Shown here piece by piece: positions 38,389-46,908 of a stretch of 64,000 nt of DNA. Every line of letters starts with the position of its first letter. Position 1 is the first letter of the stretch. Made by a program: the position numbers and the translations under genes. The DNA comes from Candidatus Bathyarchaeota archaeon (lineage in GTDB: Archaea > Thermoproteota > Bathyarchaeia > Bathyarchaeales > Bathycorpusculaceae): contig CAWGZR010000012.1 of NCBI GenBank assembly GCA_963827165.1, positions 103,089-167,088 of the forward strand, read 5' to 3'. The notes under the pieces were generated by a model, which was given only the letters and a program-made list of their open reading frames with translations, did not search any database and was not told the origin of the DNA.

Positions 38389-38676
38389 ATGAGCCGTTTC
38401 TTAGCATCCGTCAATATTTTCGCGGATTCAACCCAAATTGACGCGGTTCTCTTAGCGTTATCCAAACTTCAAAACATCGAGGAAGTCTACGAGGTTGCAG
38501 GAGAGTACGATATCGTGACTCTTGTTTCCACCTCAACCCTTGAAGAGTTTCGAGACATCCTGCAGAAGCAAATAATGAAAATTAAGGGTGTAAAAAGCAC
38601 TATAGTTACCGTTATACTGCATCCTTGCAAAGGTCCAAGGTGCCAAGAAAAAGCTAAAATTGTAACAACCATTTAG
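38389..38676 (+). CDS. Stand-alone Lrp/AsnC ligand-binding domain protein
   Basis: GGAGG RBS, ATG 38389; YEVAGEYDIV..EEFRDIL..IMKIKGVKST; no HTH. Confidence 0.85.
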   Translation: MSRFLASVNIFADSTQIDAVLLALSKLQNIEEVYEVAGEYDIVTLVSTSTLEEFRDILQKQIMKIKGVKSTIVTVILHPCKGPRCQEKAKIVTTI

Positions 38677-38728
38677 TTGGAGACAGGAGCAATAGTGAAT
38701 ACAGATGTCACTTGGAGTTTCGGATTAA

Positions 38729-40393
38729 TTGATCGATGCAGTTCAAGCGCTGACGGTTATTCTTATAATTGGAATAACCATACTTCTCGCGTGGCTAATA
38801 TCTCCATACATCACCGGAGTCTTTAAGAGAAAATCAAGCCGCTTAGACAAAATTTTCAACCCCATCGAGAATTTCATCTACAAAATCACAGGCGTAAACA
38901 CAGAGCAGGCGATGGGTTGGAAACAGTACTTCCTCTCAGGCTTGCTGCTAAACGCCGTCATGATGGTTATCGGCTTTTTAATAATGGTTTTTCAAGGCAA
39001 TTTACCGCTCAACCCAATGCATTTCCCCGGTGTACGCCCCGACTTAGCCTTCATGCAAGTAGTCTCGTTTACCACAAATACCGATCTACAGCACTATAGC
39101 GGCGAAGCGACCTTCTCGTACCTCAGTCAAACGGGGGTTTTGCAGTGGTTAATGTTTACATCTGCAATAACTGGGCTTTGCATGGGAATAGCCTTCATAC
39201 GCGGACTGATTGTCGACGCTAAAGACATGGGAAACTTCTACGTTGATTTCACTAGATCCATTACAAGAATTTTCCTGCCTCTTTCCATAATAGCTGCAAT
39301 TATTTTTCTCGCCTTGGGTGTACCTCAAACCTTCAATGGATACACCGCAGTAAAAACCGTGGAAGGTGCCGCACAAACATTGCTCGTGGGGCCAGTTGCT
39401 TCTCTTGATGCTATACTGCAAATAGGAACCAATGGAGGCGGATTCTATGGGGCGAACGCTGCCTATCCGTTCATGAATCCATCGCCGATTAGTAACATTG
39501 TGTTGATTTCTCTTATGCTCCTGCTTCCAACAGCATTAATTTTCGTTTTCGGCCAAATGATCGGCAAGAAAACCGAGTCAAGGCCGCTTCTTTGGGCTGC
39601 GTATATTCTCTTCGGAGTAAATTTGGCTATAGCATTTATTCCAGCGCTGCCTTTGGTGGCTCCAGGCATAGAAGTCCGATTTGGCGGATTCATGTCCAGT
39701 TTTTATACCGTTACAACGACTGTTGCCACAACCGGCTCTCTAAACTCGGCTTTGTTGGGAAATCATCCTCTGACGATTCTATCTGGGTTCCTTGGAATGT
39801 TTATCCAGTCAATTCCAGGCGGGAAAGGCGTTGGCATGATGTACATGGTTATGTTCATCATAATAACAGTCTTCATTGTCGGTCTCATGTCGGGTCGAAC
39901 ACCTGAATATTTGAACATGAAAATCACTGGACGCGATGTCAAACTCGTAATGATAGCGTTTCTTATCCACCCTATCATCATACTCGTACCTACTGTAGTC
40001 GCATATGCGGGTGGTTTTGCAAGTGCCGCAAATGTAAGCGGAAGCTCTGTTGGCTATACCCAAGTTCTGTGGGAATTCACCAGCGCCGCCGCAAACAACG
40101 GCTCAGACTTCTTAGGGTCCTCAGGGAACACGCCGTTCTTCAACATAGCAACCGCCATCGTGATGCTGATAGGACGCTTTGCGCCCATAGCCATATTGCT
40201 GGCGCTTTCAGGGTCAATGATCGGGCGAAAACGCGGCGGCACAACTTCAGGTCTAAAAACTGACACTTTGATATTCACCATAGTCTTGATTGTTGCCATT
40301 ATCATACTTGTGGTATTGACTTTCTTCCCGTTCCTTGCAATCGGACCAATATCATCATTCTTCAAAGGTTGGGTGAACGGATTTGGCCACTGA
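38729..40393 (+). CDS. kdpA: K+-transporting ATPase subunit A
   Basis: SFTTNTD.Q.YSGE, GNFYVD, GTNGGGF, GLMSGRTPEYL, SAAANNGS.F. Confidence 0.95.
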   Translation: MIDAVQALTVILIIGITILLAWLISPYITGVFKRKSSRLDKIFNPIENFIYKITGVNTEQAMGWKQYFLSGLLLNAVMMVIGFLIMVFQGNLPLNPMHFPGVRPDLAFMQVVSFTTNTDLQHYSGEATFSYLSQTGVLQWLMFTSAITGLCMGIAFIRGLIVDAKDMGNFYVDFTRSITRIFLPLSIIAAIIFLALGVPQTFNGYTAVKTVEGAAQTLLVGPVASLDAILQIGTNGGGFYGANAAYPFMNPSPISNIVLISLMLLLPTALIFVFGQMIGKKTESRPLLWAAYILFGVNLAIAFIPALPLVAPGIEVRFGGFMSSFYTVTTTVATTGSLNSALLGNHPLTILSGFLGMFIQSIPGGKGVGMMYMVMFIIITVFIVGLMSGRTPEYLNMKITGRDVKLVMIAFLIHPIIILVPTVVAYAGGFASAANVSGSSVGYTQVLWEFTSAAANNGSDFLGSSGNTPFFNIATAIVMLIGRFAPIAILLALSGSMIGRKRGGTTSGLKTDTLIFTIVLIVAIIILVVLTFFPFLAIGPISSFFKGWVNGFGH

Positions 40394-42563
40394 AAACACC
40401 GTTGAGTCAAAGAAGACGAAAGATTCCTCGCCCTCAGGAATGCGCTCGGCGCTCTCTGGGAAAGTATTAGTTGACTCTGTAGTTCGCCTCAATCCTAAAT
40501 CTTTGCTTAAGAATCCAGTGATGTTTATCGTTGAAGTTACATTCTATATTGTGGCAGCGATGGCTATAGTTCCCAAGGCATTCATACCGGTCGCTACCCC
40601 TCACCTGCAGATCTTCTACATTGAAGTGGCCGCCATACTTCTACTGACCGTCTGGTTTAGCACACTCTCCGATTCGCTTGCAGAGCAGCAGGCAAAAAGC
40701 ACCGCAGGCAGTCTCAGAAAACTGGAGACAGAAGTGCCCAGCAAAAAAATAGTCACTCAGGAATGGACTAGAAAAATTACCACAGTGAAATCAACTGATC
40801 TGCGAAAAGAAGACTTGGTCCTTATCGAAACCGGCGACGTAATTCCCTTAGATGCTGACGTTATCGAAGGGATCGCGATGGTTGATGAGTCGCTTGTCAC
40901 AGGTGAGTCAGCTCCCGTCAGGAAAGCGCCTGGCGATTCACTTATCGGAGGTTCAAGGGTTGTCAGCGACTCTTTGACTGCGAAAGTTACAACCAACCCT
41001 GGAGAAACCTTCATCGACCAAATGATAAAGATGGTTGAATCGTCTAAGCGGCCTAAGACACCAAATGAAGTTGCGATAACAACTGTTCTTATCGGTTTAA
41101 CCGCAATATTCAGCATAATCATAATTGCACTGCTCGGCACTTCAGTTACACTTAACCTTGGCGCCGACTTATCCGTGCTAATCGCGCTATACGTTTGTCT
41201 TCTGCCTACAACCATAGGCGCCTTGCTACCAGCCATCGGCCTCTCTGGCATAACCCGACTATACAAAAACAAAATCATCGCAAAATCCGGCAGAGCGATA
41301 GAAACCGCCGGAGACGCAGACGTTGTACTTTTAGATAAGACAGGCACTATTACCGTGGGGAACCGGCAGGCAATAGAGTTCATTGGGTTCGACGAATACA
41401 CAGAAGAAGATGTTGGGGAAGCTGCGTTTCTGTCCTCCTGGCATGATGATACCCCTGAAGGACGAAGTATACTGCGACTTGGCTACGAAAAAGGGTTCGT
41501 TCCAAAAGAGCTGAACTTGCTTGCAACCTCGGAAGTAGAGGCATTCTCGGCGGTCACCCGAACAAGTGGCGTCAAAATAACTCAAGTAGGTTTAACCTTG
41601 CCAAAAGGCGACAAGTCAGGAAGAGAGCGCATGCGTATCCGAAGAAAATCATCCGTGGCTGTTGGGGAAACCGCGGCTGACCTCGCGGAATCCGAAATTA
41701 ACATTGTTAAGGGCGCTCCTGAATCGATTAAGAGCTTGGCGACAATTGTTCCCAAGAACTATGATCTGGTGGTTGAGGGGATTTCTGCAGTTGGAGAAAC
41801 TCCCATAGCCGTCATGCGCAATGGAGTCGCCATAGGTATAATCAGGCTTAAAGATGTGCTTAAGGCAGGCATTAAAGAAAAGATTCAAGCGCTTAAAGTC
41901 ATGGGAATCCGGCCCGTCATGATTACTGGGGATCAGCCGCTTACCGCAAAAAGCATTGCCGCTGAGGTGGGAATCGACGAGTTTGTTGCACAAGCAAAAC
42001 CTGAAGACAAATACAAAATTGCTAAGAAAGAGCAAGCTGAAAACAGAATTGTGGCGATGATTGGGGACGGCACCAATGATGCACCAGCACTTTCCGCTGC
42101 TGACGTCGGGTTAGCAATGAACTCAGGCACTGAAGCAGCCAAGGAAGCCGCAAACATGGTGGATTTAGAGTCAAACCCCGCCAAAATAATCGATGTTGTC
42201 ATGTTAGGAAAACAGCTGTTAATGACAAGGGGCGCAGTTACGGCTTTCAGTATCGCTAACGACGTGTCAAAATACTTTGCGATCATGCCCGTCATCTTTG
42301 CAACCGCCATTCCCGCGCTAAGTAGTCTAAACATCTTACAATTGCACAGTATGCAAAGTGCTGTCCTGTCAGCTCTTATCTTCAACGCAATTGTCATTCC
42401 GCTCCTGATTCCTCTTGCTATGCGCGGTATCGCCTTCAAACCAACCACGACAATGGCGCTCTTTCTGAAAAACACCTTAATTTACGGGGTAGGCGGAGTA
42501 ATCGTGCCCTTCATCGGCATTAAACTAATCGACCTACTTCTTAGCGGAGTGTTTCATATCTAG
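40383..42563 (+). CDS. kdpB: K+-transporting ATPase subunit B
   Basis: KNPVMF, TGESAPV, KTPNE, LPTTIG, LDKTGT, GDGTNDAPAL, FSIANDVSKYF. Confidence 0.96.
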   Translation: MATENTVESKKTKDSSPSGMRSALSGKVLVDSVVRLNPKSLLKNPVMFIVEVTFYIVAAMAIVPKAFIPVATPHLQIFYIEVAAILLLTVWFSTLSDSLAEQQAKSTAGSLRKLETEVPSKKIVTQEWTRKITTVKSTDLRKEDLVLIETGDVIPLDADVIEGIAMVDESLVTGESAPVRKAPGDSLIGGSRVVSDSLTAKVTTNPGETFIDQMIKMVESSKRPKTPNEVAITTVLIGLTAIFSIIIIALLGTSVTLNLGADLSVLIALYVCLLPTTIGALLPAIGLSGITRLYKNKIIAKSGRAIETAGDADVVLLDKTGTITVGNRQAIEFIGFDEYTEEDVGEAAFLSSWHDDTPEGRSILRLGYEKGFVPKELNLLATSEVEAFSAVTRTSGVKITQVGLTLPKGDKSGRERMRIRRKSSVAVGETAADLAESEINIVKGAPESIKSLATIVPKNYDLVVEGISAVGETPIAVMRNGVAIGIIRLKDVLKAGIKEKIQALKVMGIRPVMITGDQPLTAKSIAAEVGIDEFVAQAKPEDKYKIAKKEQAENRIVAMIGDGTNDAPALSAADVGLAMNSGTEAAKEAANMVDLESNPAKIIDVVMLGKQLLMTRGAVTAFSIANDVSKYFAIMPVIFATAIPALSSLNILQLHSMQSAVLSALIFNAIVIPLLIPLAMRGIAFKPTTTMALFLKNTLIYGVGGVIVPFIGIKLIDLLLSGVFHI

Positions 42564-42575
42564 GAGAACACTGTA

Positions 42576-43061
42576 ATGACTGAAGAACAAAAAGAAAACT
42601 GGAAAAAATGGAACTTCAAACCAATTATAGGGTTAGCATTAGTTTCACTGCTGATTTGCGGGCTGCTATATCCCTTCTTCATCACAGGTATCGGCCAAGT
42701 TTTCTTCCCAAACCAAGCTAACGGCGATCTTGCCAAACTTCCTAATGGACAAGTCGTCGGGTCAACCCTTATAATGCAAAACTTCAACCTGACCATTTTC
42801 TTCCAAACAAGAAACGAAACCGCCGACCCATCCGCCTCAGGCGTAGACCCGGACATTACACTTCAGATGGCGTATTCGCAGGTGCCTGGAATCAGCAACG
42901 CTACAGGGATTCCTACGAGCGACTTAACTAACATCGTTAATCATAACCAACAGGGGACATTTTGGATTTTCGGCAGCCCATATGTTGATGTCTTGCAGCT
43001 TAACTTACAGCTCATTAAAGACTATCCCTCGATCTACAGTAATTTCACTTTGAACGGTTAA
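42576..43061 (+). CDS. kdpC: K+-transporting ATPase subunit C
   Basis: N-terminal TM, FP.QANG, GS.LI.Q.F, SASGVDPDI, V.VL.LN. Confidence 0.9.
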   Translation: MTEEQKENWKKWNFKPIIGLALVSLLICGLLYPFFITGIGQVFFPNQANGDLAKLPNGQVVGSTLIMQNFNLTIFFQTRNETADPSASGVDPDITLQMAYSQVPGISNATGIPTSDLTNIVNHNQQGTFWIFGSPYVDVLQLNLQLIKDYPSIYSNFTLNG

Positions 43062-43239
43062 GGCATGTGTTGGGCTCGGGTTGCTTGCTACAGGTATGTT
43101 GGCGGTAGCTTATTTTACATATGTCCAACTTCCAATTATAAAGCTGTGCAATTGTCACGCAAATAATGAAAGTATTATCTGCATGGCAAGAAAACTATAA
43201 ATATCCGTCACTCATGTTCAAGTAGACAAGACGACCCAT

Positions 43240-43524
43240 ATGCCAAAACTACTAGCATTCGTGGACATATTTGTAGAGTCTCCAGAAATGGACAGCGTAT
43301 TAGCAGCGCTTGCCCAATTAGACCATCTTGAAGAACTGTATGAAGTGACCGGGGAATTCGACATCGTTACATTGGTGTCATCCGAAGATATAGAAGAGTT
43401 CCGCGACGTTCTCAAGAACAAAATCATGAAAATAAAAGGCGTAAAAAGCACCGTAAGCTCGATCGTCCTTAAAGCCCACAAAGGACCAAAATGCATGGAC
43501 GATAACGTTCAAACGCCAACATGA
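43240..43524 (+). CDS. Stand-alone Lrp/AsnC ligand-binding domain protein
   Basis: YEVTGEFDIV..EEFRDVLKNKIMKIKGVKSTVSSIVL..HKGPKC; paralog of 38389 and 45525. Confidence 0.88.
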   Translation: MPKLLAFVDIFVESPEMDSVLAALAQLDHLEELYEVTGEFDIVTLVSSEDIEEFRDVLKNKIMKIKGVKSTVSSIVLKAHKGPKCMDDNVQTPT

Positions 43525-43626
43525 CCCAACCTTAAAACAGCTAAATTTTCTTTATGCCCCTTATTCTTGTTAACCCATTAATTTTATACTAAAAAAAGGA
43601 AAAATTGGGCTTTTGCCTTTGGGAGT

Positions 43627-43863
43627 TTACATGGGGTTGAGTACAATTGATGTTTCCGTTCGGATAACGTTAGGGTCTTTTTCAATTATTTTGTAAACAA
43701 CTTGATTGATTTCTTCAAGTGATGGTGCTTCCAATATTACGATCGCGTCGTATCGGCCGAATATGGCGTCTGCTGTGATTGTTTCTTTGACTTTTTCCTT
43801 AAACTTTTTGACTACTTCCAAAGATGTACCCGGTTTGGTACTTAGAAGAATGTATGCTTTCAT
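43627..43863 (-). CDS. Stand-alone Lrp/AsnC ligand-binding domain protein
   Basis: MKAYILLSTKPGTSLEVV...; closely similar to 28369..28602; start ATG 43863. Confidence 0.85.
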   Translation of the reverse strand: MKAYILLSTKPGTSLEVVKKFKEKVKETITADAIFGRYDAIVILEAPSLEEINQVVYKIIEKDPNVIRTETSIVLNPM

Positions 43864-43951
43864 TTTCTTTCCTTCTGTTTTTTGGGTTAAAGCATTAATG
43901 GTTAGCATTCCATATAAATTTTCCGTTCGATTTTAGACGTATGTTTAGTCT

Positions 43952-43990
43952 TTATGAAAAATTATGAACAAATCACAACCATATTTATAT
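43952..43990 (+). promoter_or_regulatory. Island operator (direct-repeat form) + TATA (copy 13)
   Basis: TTATGAA-AAA-TTATGAA-CAAATCACAACCATA-TTTATAT. Confidence 0.85.
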
Positions 43991-44033
43991 TATGCTGAGC
44001 AAGTAACTAATTATAAAATGGAACGGTGAAAAT

Positions 44034-44138
44034 ATGTTTGGAATAATCGATATAGCCTCAATAGCAGCAATATTTGCCTCATTTGCAGTAGTAGCGTATA
44101 ACATCAGGGTAGAACTCAAGAACAACCCCCTTAAATAA
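44034..44138 (+). CDS. 34-aa single-TM microprotein, MFG family copy D
   Basis: MFGIIDIASIAAIFASFAVVAYNIRVELKNNPLK; RBS GGTGA. Confidence 0.85.
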   Translation: MFGIIDIASIAAIFASFAVVAYNIRVELKNNPLK

Positions 44139-44192
44139 GAAACGCAAACTCGCATGTCTCTTTAGACTTAACCCTTTTTTGAATTAAACCCT

Positions 44193-45131
44193 TTATTTTA
44201 TAGCCCTTCGGCATCCCGGACAGAAAGCTGCGTCTTCTAGAACTGGTGCCTTACAGAATTTGCAAGCGTTTTTGGGGAAAGTTATGAACCCAGTTTTTGT
44301 GGCTCCGTAGGTGCCGTTAGCTTCTGCTTCTTTTCTTTTTTTGCGTGTCCTCTCTATTCTTCGACCGAAAAACATTGCAACCTCGAAAACCGCGACGAAG
44401 GGCGCCATGATTATCGCCCCTGTAACTGGCGTCGGGTCGGGGCCAAATATCCAAAATATCAAGAGTATGGCAAGGTAAACGAACATTTTGTTGCGTCCGC
44501 TAACGTACTTTGTGGGTAGCACTCCAACATGGATGAGCATTACCACGAAGATGGGGATGGTGTAGAAAACGCCGCATAGGACAAATATCGTGTAAATCCA
44601 ATTGTAGAAGTCTTTAATGACGATAAGCGGTGTTGCGCCCCCTTGGATTGTAAAGTAAATCAGGATTCTAAATGAGATCGGGATGACAAAAAAGAAAGCC
44701 ATAGCTACTCCTAAAGTCACTAGTCCCAGGAACGAGCCCAAGTAATATCCGAGAACCTTCTTTTCGTTATCGTATAATGCAGGTTTGACGAAGGCTATAA
44801 TTTCGTAAAAAATCACTGGGGAAGCCAACAAAACCCCAACGATTACGGAAAGGTAAGCCATCGCGAAAACCGTGTCCGCCATTCCACCCGCGATCAACGT
44901 TGCCTGTCTGGGAAGAAACTCTTCTCTGAGACGCACCATTAAAGGTGCAATCATTGGTTGATATGTGCCTACGGGATTTGTGATTCCAGCCAAACTGGTG
45001 GGTATCCATCCAATCCCTATGCCGATTATCAGGGCGACAAGTACAACTTTTAGGCGGCTCACTAACTCATCGATATGTCCCCAGAAACTCATAGCCCAAC
45101 TTTTAAGTGATTCAGGTTGCTCAGAACTCAT
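44193..45131 (-). CDS. tatC: Twin-arginine translocase subunit TatC with C-terminal zinc ribbon
   Basis: MSFWGHIDELVSRL, SPVIFYEIIAFVKPALY..EK, PDPTP; CKFC...CPGC tail. Confidence 0.9.
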   Translation of the reverse strand: MSSEQPESLKSWAMSFWGHIDELVSRLKVVLVALIIGIGIGWIPTSLAGITNPVGTYQPMIAPLMVRLREEFLPRQATLIAGGMADTVFAMAYLSVIVGVLLASPVIFYEIIAFVKPALYDNEKKVLGYYLGSFLGLVTLGVAMAFFFVIPISFRILIYFTIQGGATPLIVIKDFYNWIYTIFVLCGVFYTIPIFVVMLIHVGVLPTKYVSGRNKMFVYLAILLIFWIFGPDPTPVTGAIIMAPFVAVFEVAMFFGRRIERTRKKRKEAEANGTYGATKTGFITFPKNACKFCKAPVLEDAAFCPGCRRAIK

Positions 45132-45524
45132 AATTTTTCAAACCTAATTTATTGGCAAGTGAGCCGTCTTGAAAATCCCGCATGGCGGCTATCCGACCGG
45201 CGATTTAATCTATTTCAAATCACTGGCGCAGGCGAGGGATCCTATTGACCACCAATGCCCACGAGCATTCCTTTATTGATTGTTCGTAAAATCCATAAGC
45301 AATCGAGCGCTTAAAACGATTTGTTGTTGTATAAGAGCAATCACTTCAATTCTAGGATCGGACGAAAGGGCTTGGGCACAGACTCAGAGTTCCGTCCATC
45401 CTTAATACAACCCCAACATTGTTCATGCACTTCTAATCTTGGGATGTCATGAACCTAAAGCATATATTCTTCGAATAAGAAGGAGAAACAAAGCAAATAA
45501 CCAAATAAAATAACGGCGGAACAT

Positions 45525-45788
45525 ATGACACATCTTCACGCTTTCGTTGACATTTATGTTGAATCACAAATGCTAGATCAGGTAGTTGATGCTCTCTCAA
45601 AAATGGAGAACGTGGAAGAACTTCATGAAGTAACGGGTGAAATGGACATAGTCGTCTTGGTTTCAGCCGCCGATATCGAAGAGTTCAGAGACATCATAAA
45701 GAACAAGATCATGAAGATCCACGGAGTAAAAACCACCGTTACTTCAATCGTTTTGGAGGCTCACAAAGGCCCCAAATGCAGAGATTGA
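45525..45788 (+). CDS. Stand-alone Lrp/AsnC ligand-binding domain protein
   Basis: HEVTGEMDIV..EEFRDIIKNKIMKIHGVKTTVTSIVL..HKGPKC. Confidence 0.88.
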   Translation: MTHLHAFVDIYVESQMLDQVVDALSKMENVEELHEVTGEMDIVVLVSAADIEEFRDIIKNKIMKIHGVKTTVTSIVLEAHKGPKCRD

Positions 45789-45897
45789 CTCTCCTATTCA
45801 ACTTTAGAGGGAAGGTCATGTATCAACTAAGATAACAAAAAAGGTTGAGCTTCGCCTTATTGCGAATTGGCGAAACCTCGCTGTTATTTTCTTAGGG

Positions 45898-46353
45898 TTA
45901 AGCGCCGTCTTCTTGGAGGATTTGTTTGGTTCTTGTTTCTATGAATGAAACTATTTTGGTTTCGCAGAAATCTTTATTTTCTTGTTGCAGGATGAGAAGT
46001 TCACGGATTTTCTTTAGAAGTTCTTCGACGTCAACGGGTTTTACGAGGAAAGCGTCAGCGTGTTGGTTGACTGCTTCTATCGCGTTGTTCATTGAAGGGT
46101 AGCCTGTAAGCATTATCTTCGCCATTTTCGGCGTTGTTTCTTTGAGCTGTGTTATGAGTATTGTTCCTTCGATGTCTGGTAGGCGCCAATCCACTATTGC
46201 TAGGTTGTAAAAGTTGGAGTAAGATTTTTCGACGGCTTCTTTCCCTGTCTCAGCGGTGTCAACGATATAGCCTTCTTCTTGAAGAACAATCGCTAATGTT
46301 TGACGGATGTTTTTGTCATCGTCAATTAATAGTATTCTTTCGTTTGCAACCAT
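45898..46353 (-). CDS. Single-domain response regulator (receiver)
   Basis: ILLIDDD, IVDWRLPD, MLTG, FLVKP; start ATG 46353. Confidence 0.92.
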   Translation of the reverse strand: MVANERILLIDDDKNIRQTLAIVLQEEGYIVDTAETGKEAVEKSYSNFYNLAIVDWRLPDIEGTILITQLKETTPKMAKIMLTGYPSMNNAIEAVNQHADAFLVKPVDVEELLKKIRELLILQQENKDFCETKIVSFIETRTKQILQEDGA

Positions 46354-46593
46354 TGTTAAACCTTCAATCTGAAATGGCAAAATCAATATATATCATGTGT
46401 GAAGCCCAGCTACAGACTCAAAATCCACAATTCGTAAGACAAACAAAAAATGGAACTTGACTGCGTATCTAACCTGAAAATACTTCGTTAAATATACGCG
46501 GGATTCTTTTTACGATTGTGATTGCTAGTGATTAATCACAATTGCTTATGTTATGGGTCACGATTGAAATGATGGTTTCTGATTGAGACGGAG

Positions 46594-46908
46594 GTGAACT
46601 TTTTGATGGAAATGGCAAAAGACCCATTAGTTATCGCATCCAATGTTTACAAGGTTCTTAATGAAAACGAGAAGGTTCGCGTTTTAGAGGTGATTTTTAA
46701 GCCAGGCGATTTTGCAAAGATGCATCATCACCCCGACCACGTGGTCTACGCTAAAAGCGGCGGCAAAATGAATTTTCTTTCCGGAGGCAAAACGCAAGAT
46801 ATGGATATTGAAACTGGTTCAGTAATTTTCCTTGACGCACAAGATCACGAAGCGAAGAACATTGGGAGCACAACGATAGACCTGATCGTGTTTGAACTGA
46901 AAAAGTAA
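46594..46908 (+). CDS. Cupin domain protein
   Basis: ENEKVRVL...PG....MHHHPDHVVY.....HEAKNIG. Confidence 0.85.
   Translation: MNFLMEMAKDPLVIASNVYKVLNENEKVRVLEVIFKPGDFAKMHHHPDHVVYAKSGGKMNFLSGGKTQDMDIETGSVIFLDAQDHEAKNIGSTTIDLIVFELKK

Noticed and set aside
38677-38728. kdpF upstream of kdpA
   Set aside because: No short hydrophobic ORF in this gap.
19346-43990. Recurrent TTATGAACAAAT repeats as a CRISPR array
   Set aside because: Copies are hundreds to thousands of bp apart, in both orientations, degenerate and always tied to a TATA box; no cas genes are present.
44034-44138. MFG microprotein as TatA/TatB because it starts MFG and neighbours tatC
   Set aside because: It lacks the FG hinge and long amphipathic helix, is convergent with tatC, and the other copies are far from tatC.
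45140-45270. Decayed tatA upstream of tatC (MLVGIGGQ*...IAAMRDFQDG on the minus strand)
   Set aside because: Needs several stops and frameshifts and no TM segment is visible; the resemblance is too weak to call.
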